From the UHGV virus genome UHGV-0310418: a stretch of DNA of 22,968 nt; one strand, written 5' to 3'. A model generated the notes under the pieces. The model worked only from the letters and a program-made list of their open reading frames with translations, was not told the origin of the DNA and did no database searches. The position numbers and the translations under genes are program-made. Numbering within the stretch: the stretch's first letter is position 1; each line of letters starts with the position of its first letter. Shown one piece after another: positions 9,684 through 18,082 of the stretch. The stretch is from a virus.

Positions 9684-9899
9684 CTCCTCTCCATAAGTCA
9701 TCGATAAAAAGCGATACAACAACCATGTGTTTTTACAAAACCATTTGATATCATTTAATTTTTTCACATTAATGACATCAAAGCACATCGTAAGGTTGTT
9801 GTATTTATTTTATTTTCACCTTACTTATCAATTAGATATACCAAACAATTAAACAACAACCACCCCCTCAAAAAATCTCATAAATAGCGAAAAACCGCG

Positions 9900-9911
9900 A
9901 GGTCGCCGCCC
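9900..9911. other. cos: cosN cohesive-end site (12-nt overhang, lambda-identical), with flanking cosQ-like and cosB-like sequence
   Basis: Plus strand reads GCGAAAAACCGCG-AGGTCGCCGCCC-CGTAACCTGTCGGATCGCCGGAAAGGACCC. AGGTCGCCGCCC is the reverse complement of lambda GGGCGGCGACCT, and the flanks match the lambda left and right ends as recalled. Confidence 0.85.
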
Positions 9912-10110
9912 CGTAACCTGTCGGATCGCCGGAAAGGACCCACAAAATGATAATAATTATCATCTACATATCACAACGTGCGTGTACGCCATCAAACCAC
10001 GTCAAATAATCAATTATGACGCAGGTATCGTATTAATTGATCCGCATCAACTTAACGTAAAAACAACTTCAGACAATACAAATCAGCGACACAGAATACG
10101 GGACAACCTC

Positions 10111-10302
10111 ATGTCAACGAAGAACAGAACCCGCAGAACAACAACCCGCAACATCCGCTTTCCTAACCAAATGATTGAACAAATTAACATCGCTCTTGAT
10201 CAAAAAGGGTCCGGGAATTTCTCAGCCTGGGTCATTGAAGCCTGCCGTCGGAGACTAACGTCAGAAAAGAGAGCATCTACATCAATCAAAAGTGATGAAT
10301 AA
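10111..10302 (+). CDS. Small ribbon-helix-helix (Arc/MetJ/CopG-like) DNA-binding protein, putative
   Basis: 63 aa from the internal ATG of track ORF 9982..10302; RNIRFPNQMIEQINIALDQKGSGNFSAWVIEACRRRL fits a beta-alpha-alpha RHH pattern. Shine-Dalgarno is weak, so the start is uncertain. Confidence 0.5.
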   Translation: MSTKNRTRRTTTRNIRFPNQMIEQINIALDQKGSGNFSAWVIEACRRRLTSEKRASTSIKSDE

Positions 10303-10555
10303 TGAATATCCCGGTTTCTTTACCTCCCCTCCCACCCCGCACAGGACTGGCGAACGTGTGGGACAAATATGTGAGTCATAAACGCCTTATCTTCAGAAAT
10401 GCAGTTGGCATCCGAACAGGACGATATTGTAACTTCACCTAATTACGAGGCATTGCAGTAGTTGAATTGTAGTTCTGTATTAGCCTGACAGTGACAGAAT
10501 GCGATATTGACTCTGTCACAGGTGAAATAGTTTGAATGGTTAGCAGTTATGGCGA

Positions 10556-10762
10556 TCAGTCAACCACCAGGGAATAATCCTTCGAATTCTTATCGTGCTT
10601 CACCAACGCTGCCTCAATTGCCCTGAATGCTTCCAGAGACACTTGATGTTCTATACATGCAATTACAACATCCGGATAACTCATAGAAATGGTGCTAGTG
10701 AGCATAGTTTTTACACGGACCTGATCCAAGGATGAGTCATCAGTGTATGGATCTTTATGCAT
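10556..10762 (-). CDS. Hypothetical protein (68 aa)
   Basis: Track ORF with ATG start preceded by GGAG at appropriate spacing. No recognisable family. Confidence 0.5.
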   Translation of the reverse strand: MHKDPYTDDSSLDQVRVKTMLTSTISMSYPDVVIACIEHQVSLEAFRAIEAALVKHDKNSKDYSLVVD

Positions 10763-10972
10763 TTTGTCGCTCCATGCGTTTGCTCTTCACTTGCGGCTAA
10801 AAATATAACGTCAAATCACTCAGCATGAAAGTGTGAAAGTTTCAGCGCGTTTCCCTTACATAATCTGTCGTTTGTATTCTCTCCAGGCATACCGGAAAGA
10901 CTAGGTATTGTCACACAACCAATACCACCGACTATCGAGATTTATATCTATTCGGTAATGTTTAAATATAAC

Positions 10973-10995
10973 AAAACCCCGTAAAAACGAGGTTT
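10973..10995 (-). terminator. Possible imperfect stem-loop terminator downstream of the GnsB-like gene
   Basis: AAAACCCCGT-aaaa-ACGAGGTTT (9-bp stem, one mismatch), followed on the minus strand by T-rich TTGTTATATTT. Coordinates approximate. Confidence 0.25.
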
Positions 10996-11057
10996 ATGGG
11001 TAAATTGTATTGTTGAATAGCATCTGATAAGAAATTGATGCTAATACTATAAACATA

Positions 11058-11234
11058 CTAGATTAAATCAATCTTGATATCATAGCTTTCAAGACCAGTC
11101 ATTTTTTCCCGTGCAGTAAACTGGATACTGGTAACTTCTTTCCCGGTCTTTTTCTTAAGCTCAATAATTTTTTTTGTTATATATTCAGAAATATCTGCTT
11201 CTGTTTTTGTTTTTAACTCTTCAATGTTCATCAT
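11058..11234 (-). CDS. gnsB: GnsA/GnsB family protein
   Basis: 58 aa beginning MMNIEELK...KKTGKEV..I.FTAREKMTGLESYD.KI, closely matching E. coli GnsB as recalled; AGAGGAA Shine-Dalgarno before the ATG. Track ORF 11058..11324 starts further upstream. Confidence 0.75.
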   Translation of the reverse strand: MMNIEELKTKTEADISEYITKKIIELKKKTGKEVTSIQFTAREKMTGLESYDIKIDLI

Positions 11235-11403
11235 TTCCTCTTTTAGTCTGTTATGACTTTCCTGGTACACAGTAGTGTCAATTATATGGAGCAAACGTAT
11301 AAAAGATAAGATGAAACATCGCAATAATCAACATACGACAGTCTAAATTTCGCACAAACAGATAAAGATGATTATCCTTTATTATCAAGGCATTAGAATG
11401 AAA

Positions 11404-11634
11404 TCAATTCAAGAGTCTCATTGCTGCTTCCAGAATTTCTTCTGAAGTTACATGTCGATCCGCTGCTACATAAATGACTTTATGATCTCCGGTCAGAGAT
11501 GGAAACCCTGCAGCCATTACAGTGAGATGTGTTGTTTCGCCATTTGGATATTCACGCATGATGGTGTTAACTCCGGTCATCACTGGCACTACCATTGCTG
11601 GTTCAGAGTTAAAAAAAACTATTATTTTTTTCAT
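11404..11634 (-). CDS. Hypothetical small protein (YnfN-like by position in Qin-type prophages)
   Basis: Internal ATG start (MKKIIVFFNSEP...) chosen because the track's upstream GTG start sits directly against a terminator hairpin; 76 aa. Family assignment is positional only. Confidence 0.5.
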   Translation of the reverse strand: MKKIIVFFNSEPAMVVPVMTGVNTIMREYPNGETTHLTVMAAGFPSLTGDHKVIYVAADRHVTSEEILEAAMRLLN

Positions 11635-11678
11635 GATGTTACCGTAATATGTGAGTATCCATCGACTAGACACTAAGC

Positions 11679-11698
11679 AAAAAAGCTCCCGAAGGAGC
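11679..11698 (-). terminator. Intrinsic terminator (GCTCC-ttcg-GGAGC plus T6 on minus strand)
   Basis: Plus strand reads AAAAAA-GCTCC-CGAA-GGAGC; on the minus strand the hairpin is followed by TTTTTTG. About 200 nt downstream of the cspI-like gene. Confidence 0.55.
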
Positions 11699-11905
11699 CT
11701 TCATTTTCACTTTCTTAAATCTAACGACAGACGGCTAACATTTAAGTATTGTGAAATATTATCAAATGTAATCATCATTGATTTACAAAAGATACATTTT
11801 GCCCCGAAAGGATTCCTGTCAGAAACATCAAAAGATGATGTTCTATACTGAGAACCATGGCAACACGGGCATCTAAAGTGAATATGGTTTGTAATATTTT
11901 CTACC

Positions 11906-12121
11906 TCAAAGTGCCACTACATGAACAGCCGCGGGGCCTTTAGGTCCGTTCTCAATACCAAATTCGACTTGCTGATTCTCAGTTAACGTTTTGAAATCGT
12001 TGCTCTGAATAGCTGAGAAATGGACAAACACATCTTTGCTACCATCTTTCGGCGTGATGAAACCAAAACCTTTTTCAGGGTTAAACCATTTCACTAAACC
12101 AGTCATTTTGTTAGACATCAT
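11906..12121 (-). CDS. cspI: Cold shock protein, CspA family (CspI-like)
   Basis: [35 protein letters not shown] contains both RNP motifs (KGFGFI, VFVHF). Near-identical to E. coli Qin CspI as recalled. Start may be the second ATG (12118). Confidence 0.85.
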   Translation of the reverse strand: MMSNKMTGLVKWFNPEKGFGFITPKDGSKDVFVHFSAIQSNDFKTLTENQQVEFGIENGPKGPAAVHVVAL

Positions 12122-12486
12122 TATTACCTTTTGAAGAAGTTAGCCCTTGGGCAGAATGGTCCGAAAAAAATATCAGAGAGAAAAACCAACAAGGAAATCT
12201 CAAGAGGTACAAATAATAAAATTATAACAATGACTGCTTCAGATAATTTTGTAACAAACCAGAACACCATTAACGCATGATTAACCAACCATAGCAAGGA
12301 TTACTTTTGTAAAGAAAAACACACGAATGAAACAATAGCTTTATTTATTAATAAAACGTGTCATTCTGTCTAATGACCTTTTATCTTACCCTTAAGATTT
12401 CAAGGATTTTGACTCATGGAAGAGTCCTTTTTATTTAAATTTCACATTCAGCACTAAAAATAATCCGATTTAATGTTAATCTACAT

Positions 12487-13508
<1,022 letters not shown>

Positions 13509-13613
13509 GGATATTTATCAGGATTTATCGGTTTCTGAACCCTGGATATGTTTATCTGTCCCGGCCTGTTGAATCAGGCGGGGAAAAGGTAAAGACAATC
13601 AAGAGGATTATTT

Positions 13614-13886
13614 ATGGACAATAACACCATTTCTCTACAGGAGTTGCTCGACTGCATTTCAAAGCTTCGGGATGATGTAAATGCCCTCACTGTTGCATTT
13701 TCATATTTGGCCTTATCAATTCCCAGAGAACAAATGCAACCAACACTGGCATCGCTCCTGCTTGAATCACGCAACCCCAAATGGTCCCAGGAACAACAAA
13801 ATTCTTTCAAGTGGCTGGCGGCATTACTGGAAGAAAAATATGCTGGTAAAATTACCATTTCGGTGGAGTCTTCAGAGAATCAGTAA
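13614..13886 (+). CDS. Hypothetical protein (90 aa) on the opposite strand inside the lysis cassette
   Basis: ATG with AAGAGGA Shine-Dalgarno 6 nt upstream; protein-like composition; the overlapping minus-strand ORF 13574..13858 is Cys/Ser-rich and looks spurious. 3' end overlaps the YdfR-like gene convergently by about 35 nt. Confidence 0.55.
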   Translation: MDNNTISLQELLDCISKLRDDVNALTVAFSYLALSIPREQMQPTLASLLLESRNPKWSQEQQNSFKWLAALLEEKYAGKITISVESSENQ

Positions 13887-14196
13887 TTCTTCCTGGTGGC
13901 TTTCCTTTGTAGGTTATCCACACATTCTGCGCCTCTAAAATTATGGGGCGCTTTTCCGGCGACTGCTCATCCCCTACACATAACCCGGCAGCAACATCCA
14001 GGAATACCTGTCTGATTCTCATTCTGGCTGCTGCCTCATAAAACTCCAGCGCGGCACCTTCAACACGGTCCAGCGAGATGTCCAGGTCAAAAATTTCACC
14101 GTCAAAGCGTTTTTTGTCCCGTAAGGCTACAGTTACCGCCACTTTATTCTCAAAATTGCGGACTCCTTTCACAACCAGTTCATAGTCTTGTGTCAT
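13852..14196 (-). CDS. Hypothetical protein between holin and endolysin (YdfR-like position)
   Basis: 114 aa from internal ATG (MTQDYELVVKG...) with GAGAG-type Shine-Dalgarno; track ORF 13852..14217 would otherwise overlap the holin 3' end. Family assignment is positional. Confidence 0.55.
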   Translation of the reverse strand: MTQDYELVVKGVRNFENKVAVTVALRDKKRFDGEIFDLDISLDRVEGAALEFYEAAARMRIRQVFLDVAAGLCVGDEQSPEKRPIILEAQNVWITYKGKPPGRITDSLKTPPKW

Positions 14197-14200
14197 TGGA

Positions 14201-14416
14201 TTACTCTCTTCTCGCAACCTTACGCCTGTCTTCTTTAATCTTGAAATAAAGGTTTGTCAGATACGTCAGCAGGCCAAAAACCAGACTACCCAGCACACCG
14301 ATTGCAGCCCACTGTGACGGAGTTACTTTATCGAGTAACTGCAATGCCCAGAAACCAGCATTACCAGCCGATGTGCCATAGGCGATACCTGTTGTTAACT
14401 TATCCATTGATTTCAT
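14201..14416 (-). CDS. S: Class II holin / pinholin (phage 21 S-like) with dual-start motif
   Basis: 71 aa [26 protein letters not shown]...[32 protein letters not shown], very close to P21 S as recalled. M1-K-S-M4 gives the antiholin/holin dual start. Confidence 0.9.
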   Translation of the reverse strand: MKSMDKLTTGIAYGTSAGNAGFWALQLLDKVTPSQWAAIGVLGSLVFGLLTYLTNLYFKIKEDRRKVARRE

Positions 14417-14634
14417 ATCCTCACCCCGATGTACACAGATGGTGCAATATGTTTGAAAAGATCGGAGTCTATGGGGTAGTTTTTATAGCAAACGTTGTTC
14501 TCAACGGCGCTAAAAAACAGACACATTAAAAATGTGGGTAATTATTTTAAAAGAAAATCATATATTAAATAATAATACGAGATATGTTTTCATATTTAGT
14601 GTACTGTATACGGCCATTTATACAGGAAAAGCCT

Positions 14635-14805
14635 ATGTCAGAACGTAAAGACTCAAAATCACGCCGTAATTATCTCGTTAAATGTTCCTGCCCAAACTGC
14701 ACCCAAGAGTCAGAACACAGTTTTTCAAGAGTACAAAAAGGTGCCCTTTTGATCTGCCCTCATTGCAACAAAGTATTCCAGACAAATCTTAAAGCTGTAG
14801 CTTGA
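14635..14805 (+). CDS. Small Cys4 zinc-ribbon protein, putative
   Basis: 56 aa from internal ATG with AGGAAAA Shine-Dalgarno; CxxC...19 aa...CxxC (CPNC, CPHC). Followed 60 nt downstream by a strong terminator. Track ORF 14584..14805 starts upstream. Confidence 0.55.
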   Translation: MSERKDSKSRRNYLVKCSCPNCTQESEHSFSRVQKGALLICPHCNKVFQTNLKAVA

Positions 14806-14864
14806 TTGATTTTATTCGTAACAAGTATTTTTTATATTTTAATAACATATTTAAAGCAGATAAT

Positions 14865-14887
14865 AAAAAACCCGCCTGAGCGGGTTT
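14865..14887. terminator. Bidirectional intrinsic terminator (A6-CCCGC-ctga-GCGGG-TTT)
   Basis: GC hairpin flanked by A6 on one side and TTTAAT on the other; serves the plus-strand zinc-ribbon gene and, on the minus strand (hairpin then TTTTTT), the cspB-like transcript. Confidence 0.7.
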
Positions 14888-15168
14888 AATATTGTGGTAC
14901 TTTTTGTGGGAGTCATCCACTTACGCACTTTGTTTTGCTATGCCAGCAGTTAGCTTCTGCTGTAAAACTATTCATGCAGCAAACCTGCACTTCACCACAA
15001 TGGTTAGCATACTTTTCCTGATTAAGTTATTGCCAAATATGCTGGCCATTGTTTCATGTATTGGACCTCCTTACTATTTATTAAAGAGATCCAATATTCA
15101 CCACTCTGTCTGTATCTCCACTCAGGCATCAGCCTTCTTCGTTATCGTATACAGACAAACTATGAATT

Positions 15169-15384
15169 TTAATCAGTAATTATGACATTTGCTGCTGCAG
15201 GACCTTTAGCACCACTCTCTACAGAGAAGGTAACCTTTTGACCTTCAAATAAGGTTCGATAATTATCATTCTGAATCGCAGAAAAATGCACAAACACATC
15301 TTTACTACCATCAACAGGAGAAATAAAGCCAAAACCTTTATCAGCGTTAAACCATTTTACTAAACCAGTCATTTTATTTGACAT
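15169..15384 (-). CDS. cspB: Cold shock protein, CspA family (CspB-like)
   Basis: [66 protein letters not shown] with both RNP motifs; near-identical to E. coli CspB as recalled; AAGGAA Shine-Dalgarno. Confidence 0.85.
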   Translation of the reverse strand: MSNKMTGLVKWFNADKGFGFISPVDGSKDVFVHFSAIQNDNYRTLFEGQKVTFSVESGAKGPAAANVIITD

Positions 15385-15684
15385 TCTACATTCCTTAACT
15401 TGAGCCTTTCGGCATAAATGGCTTGTATAACAGAAACGACTTCGTACTTAATTGGAGAGACTCAAAGAAGGAATAAGTGAATAACACCTGAAATGAGAAC
15501 TGCTTTAGTAAACTACTTCGTATATCGTCTGTTCTTCAAACCGACGCAATCATTAACGCATAGTTGAACATATGAAGCAATGTTTATTTTAGACATCCAG
15601 CCATCTTCAACCCCATCAAAAAACTATAGCTTTCTTCAGGAACGTGTGTATAGTGCGCCAAGTTATCAGTATTAAGGAATTTTT

Positions 15685-15897
15685 TTGTCCCGTAAAATGA
15701 CAGGAATTCTCAAAACCTTTGACGGCAAAAGCGGCAAAGGTCTTATAACCCCATCCGATGGTCGTATCGATGTCCAGCTTCATGTTTCAGCGCTCAATCT
15801 CCGCGATGCAGAAGAAATTACCACCGGATTACGCGTGGAATTTTGCCGGATAAATGGTCTGCGTGGACCATCAGCTGCCAATGTTTACCTTTCATGA
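15685..15897 (+). CDS. cspF: Cold-shock-domain protein lacking canonical RNP motifs (CspF/CspH-like)
   Basis: [37 protein letters not shown]...[13 protein letters not shown], matching E. coli CspF as recalled. Apparent TTG start 6 nt after AAGGAA; an in-frame ATG lies 12 nt downstream. Confidence 0.8.
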   Translation: MSRKMTGILKTFDGKSGKGLITPSDGRIDVQLHVSALNLRDAEEITTGLRVEFCRINGLRGPSAANVYLS

Positions 15898-15950
15898 GCT
15901 ATATTAAAGCTTTAACTTCAAGCCCCATCGAATCAAACATGGAGAGTTTT

Positions 15951-16040
15951 CATGAATAAACCCGTCTGTCTTGATGACTGGTTGATTGGCTTTAAAAGCT
16001 TATGCTGTACTTTGACCTTAATAGCTCTGCTAATAATGTA
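15951..16040 (+). CDS. Candidate small hydrophobic peptide (29 aa: [29 protein letters not shown])
   Basis: ATG preceded by GGAGAG with a 5-nt spacer; short polar N-terminus followed by a roughly 19-residue hydrophobic stretch. Below the ORF-track length cutoff; found by reading the sequence. Confidence 0.3.
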
Positions 16041-16180
16041 ATAAGCAGACTCATTGTATCTATGGACATTGTACTGGAAGAAAACATTTTAAACATCAGG
16101 CAAAAAACAAAGTCACCCGATAAATAATAAGTAAACTAACATGAATCCCGTAATGAGATTCAACATCTCTATTACCCTAT

Positions 16181-16210
16181 TTAAAGCACAAAAACCCGCT
16201 CATCAGCGGG
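16181..16210 (-). terminator. tR'-like intrinsic terminator (bidirectional) just downstream of the late promoter
   Basis: CCCGCT-catc-AGCGGG hairpin; on the minus strand it is followed by TTTTTGTGCTTT, on the plus strand by TTTTCTACTTTTTC. Confidence 0.75.
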
Positions 16211-16259
16211 TTTTCTACTTTTTCTTAACTTCGGGTATACAAAGCCCATCGTTGAAAAA

Positions 16260-16288
16260 ATTTTATCCATATTTTTTGAAAAATGCAA
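16260..16288 (-). promoter_or_regulatory. Late promoter (pR'-like): -35 TTGCAT, 17-bp spacer, -10 TAAAAT
   Basis: Minus strand reads TTGCAT-ttttcaaaaaatatgga-TAAAAT, beginning about 32 nt after the Q stop; predicted transcript start is roughly 45-65 nt upstream of the terminator at 16181..16210. Confidence 0.7.
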
Positions 16289-16319
16289 GCATCACGTCGC
16301 CATCTTCGGCGAAAATCAC

Positions 16320-17072
16320 TTATCTCGTCACCTTTCTCAATTGTGCTTCAGCGTAAGATTCCTCCTGCCAGCACTTTGTAACCAGTTTATCAATGACATT
16401 TGCATATCCTTTATACCACTGATAATCACTCAGGTCCGGTACCAGCTTCTGGACATGATGCCGCGCCAGTGTGGTTGGTAAACGACTAAACCGTTTTCCA
16501 TTGCAACGCCCACAAATCTTATAAACAGGTGTGCCATGAAGCCGGGTCCTTTTTTCATCCAGGACAATACCTTTACCCTTACACCCTCTGCACGCTGTGC
16601 TGACTTCTCCCTTACCATGGCAATGCTGACATAGTTCCTTCACCCACTCTTCTTTGATAACAGATTCCCCGCTTCTGGAGTGTTTCACCACTTCGCGCAA
16701 TACATTATGAAATCCAGTACCAGCACAATGCTCACAACGAGCCTTACTTGCCGCAGACCTGGAATAATCAGCAAAGGCAAAATTCACAAGGTAAGGAATA
16801 ATCTGTAGCCGGGTTTCTTCACTCAATTTATTCAATGTCGGGTTATCCAGTGCCATCGCGTAATTGAGCAGACCTTCAATCGCAAACTGAGGATCCTGAA
16901 CACCAACTTTTGCCAGGAATAAGGCAAACCCAAGCGGTGCTTTCGACTGCACCATCCCCTGCGCAGCCATCACATCCGTAATCGTTAAACCACCAGAGCC
17001 TGTCGCCGGTGCGTCATCACTCAATTTTGGAGATTTTGGGGAGTAATATTTTGGTAAGGCTTCAAGGTTCAT
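16320..17072 (-). CDS. Q: Late-gene antiterminator Q (QuuQ / Q82-like family)
   Basis: 250 aa with Cys/His zinc-binding motifs (CEHCAGTG, CQHCHGKG, CRGCKGKG, CGRCNG); lies immediately upstream of the late promoter and terminator; same length and neighbourhood as E. coli Qin QuuQ as recalled. Confidence 0.8.
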   Translation of the reverse strand: MNLEALPKYYSPKSPKLSDDAPATGSGGLTITDVMAAQGMVQSKAPLGFALFLAKVGVQDPQFAIEGLLNYAMALDNPTLNKLSEETRLQIIPYLVNFAFADYSRSAASKARCEHCAGTGFHNVLREVVKHSRSGESVIKEEWVKELCQHCHGKGEVSTACRGCKGKGIVLDEKRTRLHGTPVYKICGRCNGKRFSRLPTTLARHHVQKLVPDLSDYQWYKGYANVIDKLVTKCWQEESYAEAQLRKVTR

Positions 17073-17085
17073 GCTCGTTCTCCAC

Positions 17086-18081
17086 TTACGCCAGTACGCC
17101 TATTGCCAGCGCACGATCGATAAAACGAAATATCAGCTCCAGCTGGGAGCCATACTTCTCTTCAAATGCCACGGTATCCGCATGCAGCTCGTCGTGATGC
17201 TTTCTGCACAAAGGCAACACAAAAAGGTCATGCGCTTTTGTACCCATTCCCCCCTGACCGTGGCCTATCAGGTGGTGGGGATCATCAGCAGGTTTTCCAC
17301 AACATGCGCACGGCTGCGTCTTAACCCAGCGCGTGTACTTTTCATTAACCCAGCGGTGACGTTTTGGGCGTAACATAAAAGACTCCGGCGACTCCGGATC
17401 CACTTTCAGCGCCAGCACCTTTTTCGCCTTATCCTGGATGATGCTGGTGGCAGGAACCGAAGGCACAAGGTCACTTTCCCGGGTAACAGACGGCACAACA
17501 GGCTTCGGTAATCTCAGTGCCTTACGGGCTGCACTTTCCGGTAAGGCATCCGCCAGATCATTACGAATCAGCCACCAGCACAGTTCCGGCATTGTCACAA
17601 CATGACTGTCATCAAAACCGAGATCCCGACGCACAACAGACAACACCCAGCGGGCACAGTTATCCGTTGCCATTGATTCCAGCCGTTCCGTGAACTGATC
17701 GCGCAGCTGGTTATCGCAGTGCCAGCACAGACGGATTGCGCCCGGAGCGTGTCGCATTGTTGTCATGTTCTCGCTGTGCCAGTCGGAATGAGGCCACTGG
17801 CAGCCTTTTTCACGAAGTAACCAGCTTTCAAGACATTCCACGCCACCAGCACGACGGATCACTGCCTCATTGCGGAACACGGCCCGAACGGCAGGATCAT
17901 CCGCCAGCGGTTGTGATGCCGCCGGAACGGCACCACTGGCGAAAGATGAATAACGTTCCGGCTCAGGCTCCAGCAGGACACGCCCCTGCATAAACAAGGG
18001 CATCAGCTCTGAACCTGGTCTGAACAATACGATCCCCATACGCGGGGCAATTTCAGGGGTCAGTAGTGCTCTCACGGTCAC
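17086..18081 (-). CDS. DUF968-family protein (YdfU-like), HNH-like C-terminal motif
   Basis: 331 aa; C-terminal CACCGK...HHLIGHGQGG...CRKHHDELH resembles the DUF968 / HNH-like region of YdfU-type prophage proteins; directly upstream of Q as in Qin. Confidence 0.65.
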   Translation of the reverse strand: MTVRALLTPEIAPRMGIVLFRPGSELMPLFMQGRVLLEPEPERYSSFASGAVPAASQPLADDPAVRAVFRNEAVIRRAGGVECLESWLLREKGCQWPHSDWHSENMTTMRHAPGAIRLCWHCDNQLRDQFTERLESMATDNCARWVLSVVRRDLGFDDSHVVTMPELCWWLIRNDLADALPESAARKALRLPKPVVPSVTRESDLVPSVPATSIIQDKAKKVLALKVDPESPESFMLRPKRHRWVNEKYTRWVKTQPCACCGKPADDPHHLIGHGQGGMGTKAHDLFVLPLCRKHHDELHADTVAFEEKYGSQLELIFRFIDRALAIGVLA

Positions 18082-18082
18082 C

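Noticed and set aside
12411-12433. Short hairpin GACTC-atggaa-GAGTC followed by T-rich sequence on the plus strand downstream of Rz
   Set aside because: Only a 5-bp stem and no plus-strand gene upstream to terminate; more likely part of the cspI-like promoter or 5' leader region.
10763-12486. Scan of the AT-rich intergenic regions for tRNA genes
   Set aside because: No conserved T-loop (GTTCRANYC) with a matching acceptor stem was found by eye; lambdoid tRNA genes usually sit between Q and S, and that interval here is occupied by csp genes. A tRNAscan run would confirm.
13574-13858. 94-aa minus-strand ORF between R and the YdfR-like gene
   Set aside because: Cys/Ser-rich, implausible composition and no ribosome binding site; the opposite-strand ORF 13614..13886 has a strong Shine-Dalgarno and protein-like composition.
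14590-14630. Inverted repeat CTGTATA...TATACAG upstream of the zinc-ribbon gene, considered as an SOS box
   Set aside because: The CTG and CAG are separated by 16 nt, not the 10 nt needed for a LexA box; it may still be a different operator but is not a LexA site.
14892-15179. 95-aa plus-strand ORF (TTG start) between the bidirectional terminator and cspB
   Set aside because: Starts right after a terminator with a TTG codon, lies in what is most likely the cspB 3' untranslated region, and has no ribosome binding site.
16141-16356. 71-aa plus-strand ORF spanning the late promoter and terminator
   Set aside because: It runs across the tR' hairpin and the pR' promoter, has no Shine-Dalgarno, and has low-complexity composition; most likely non-coding regulatory DNA.
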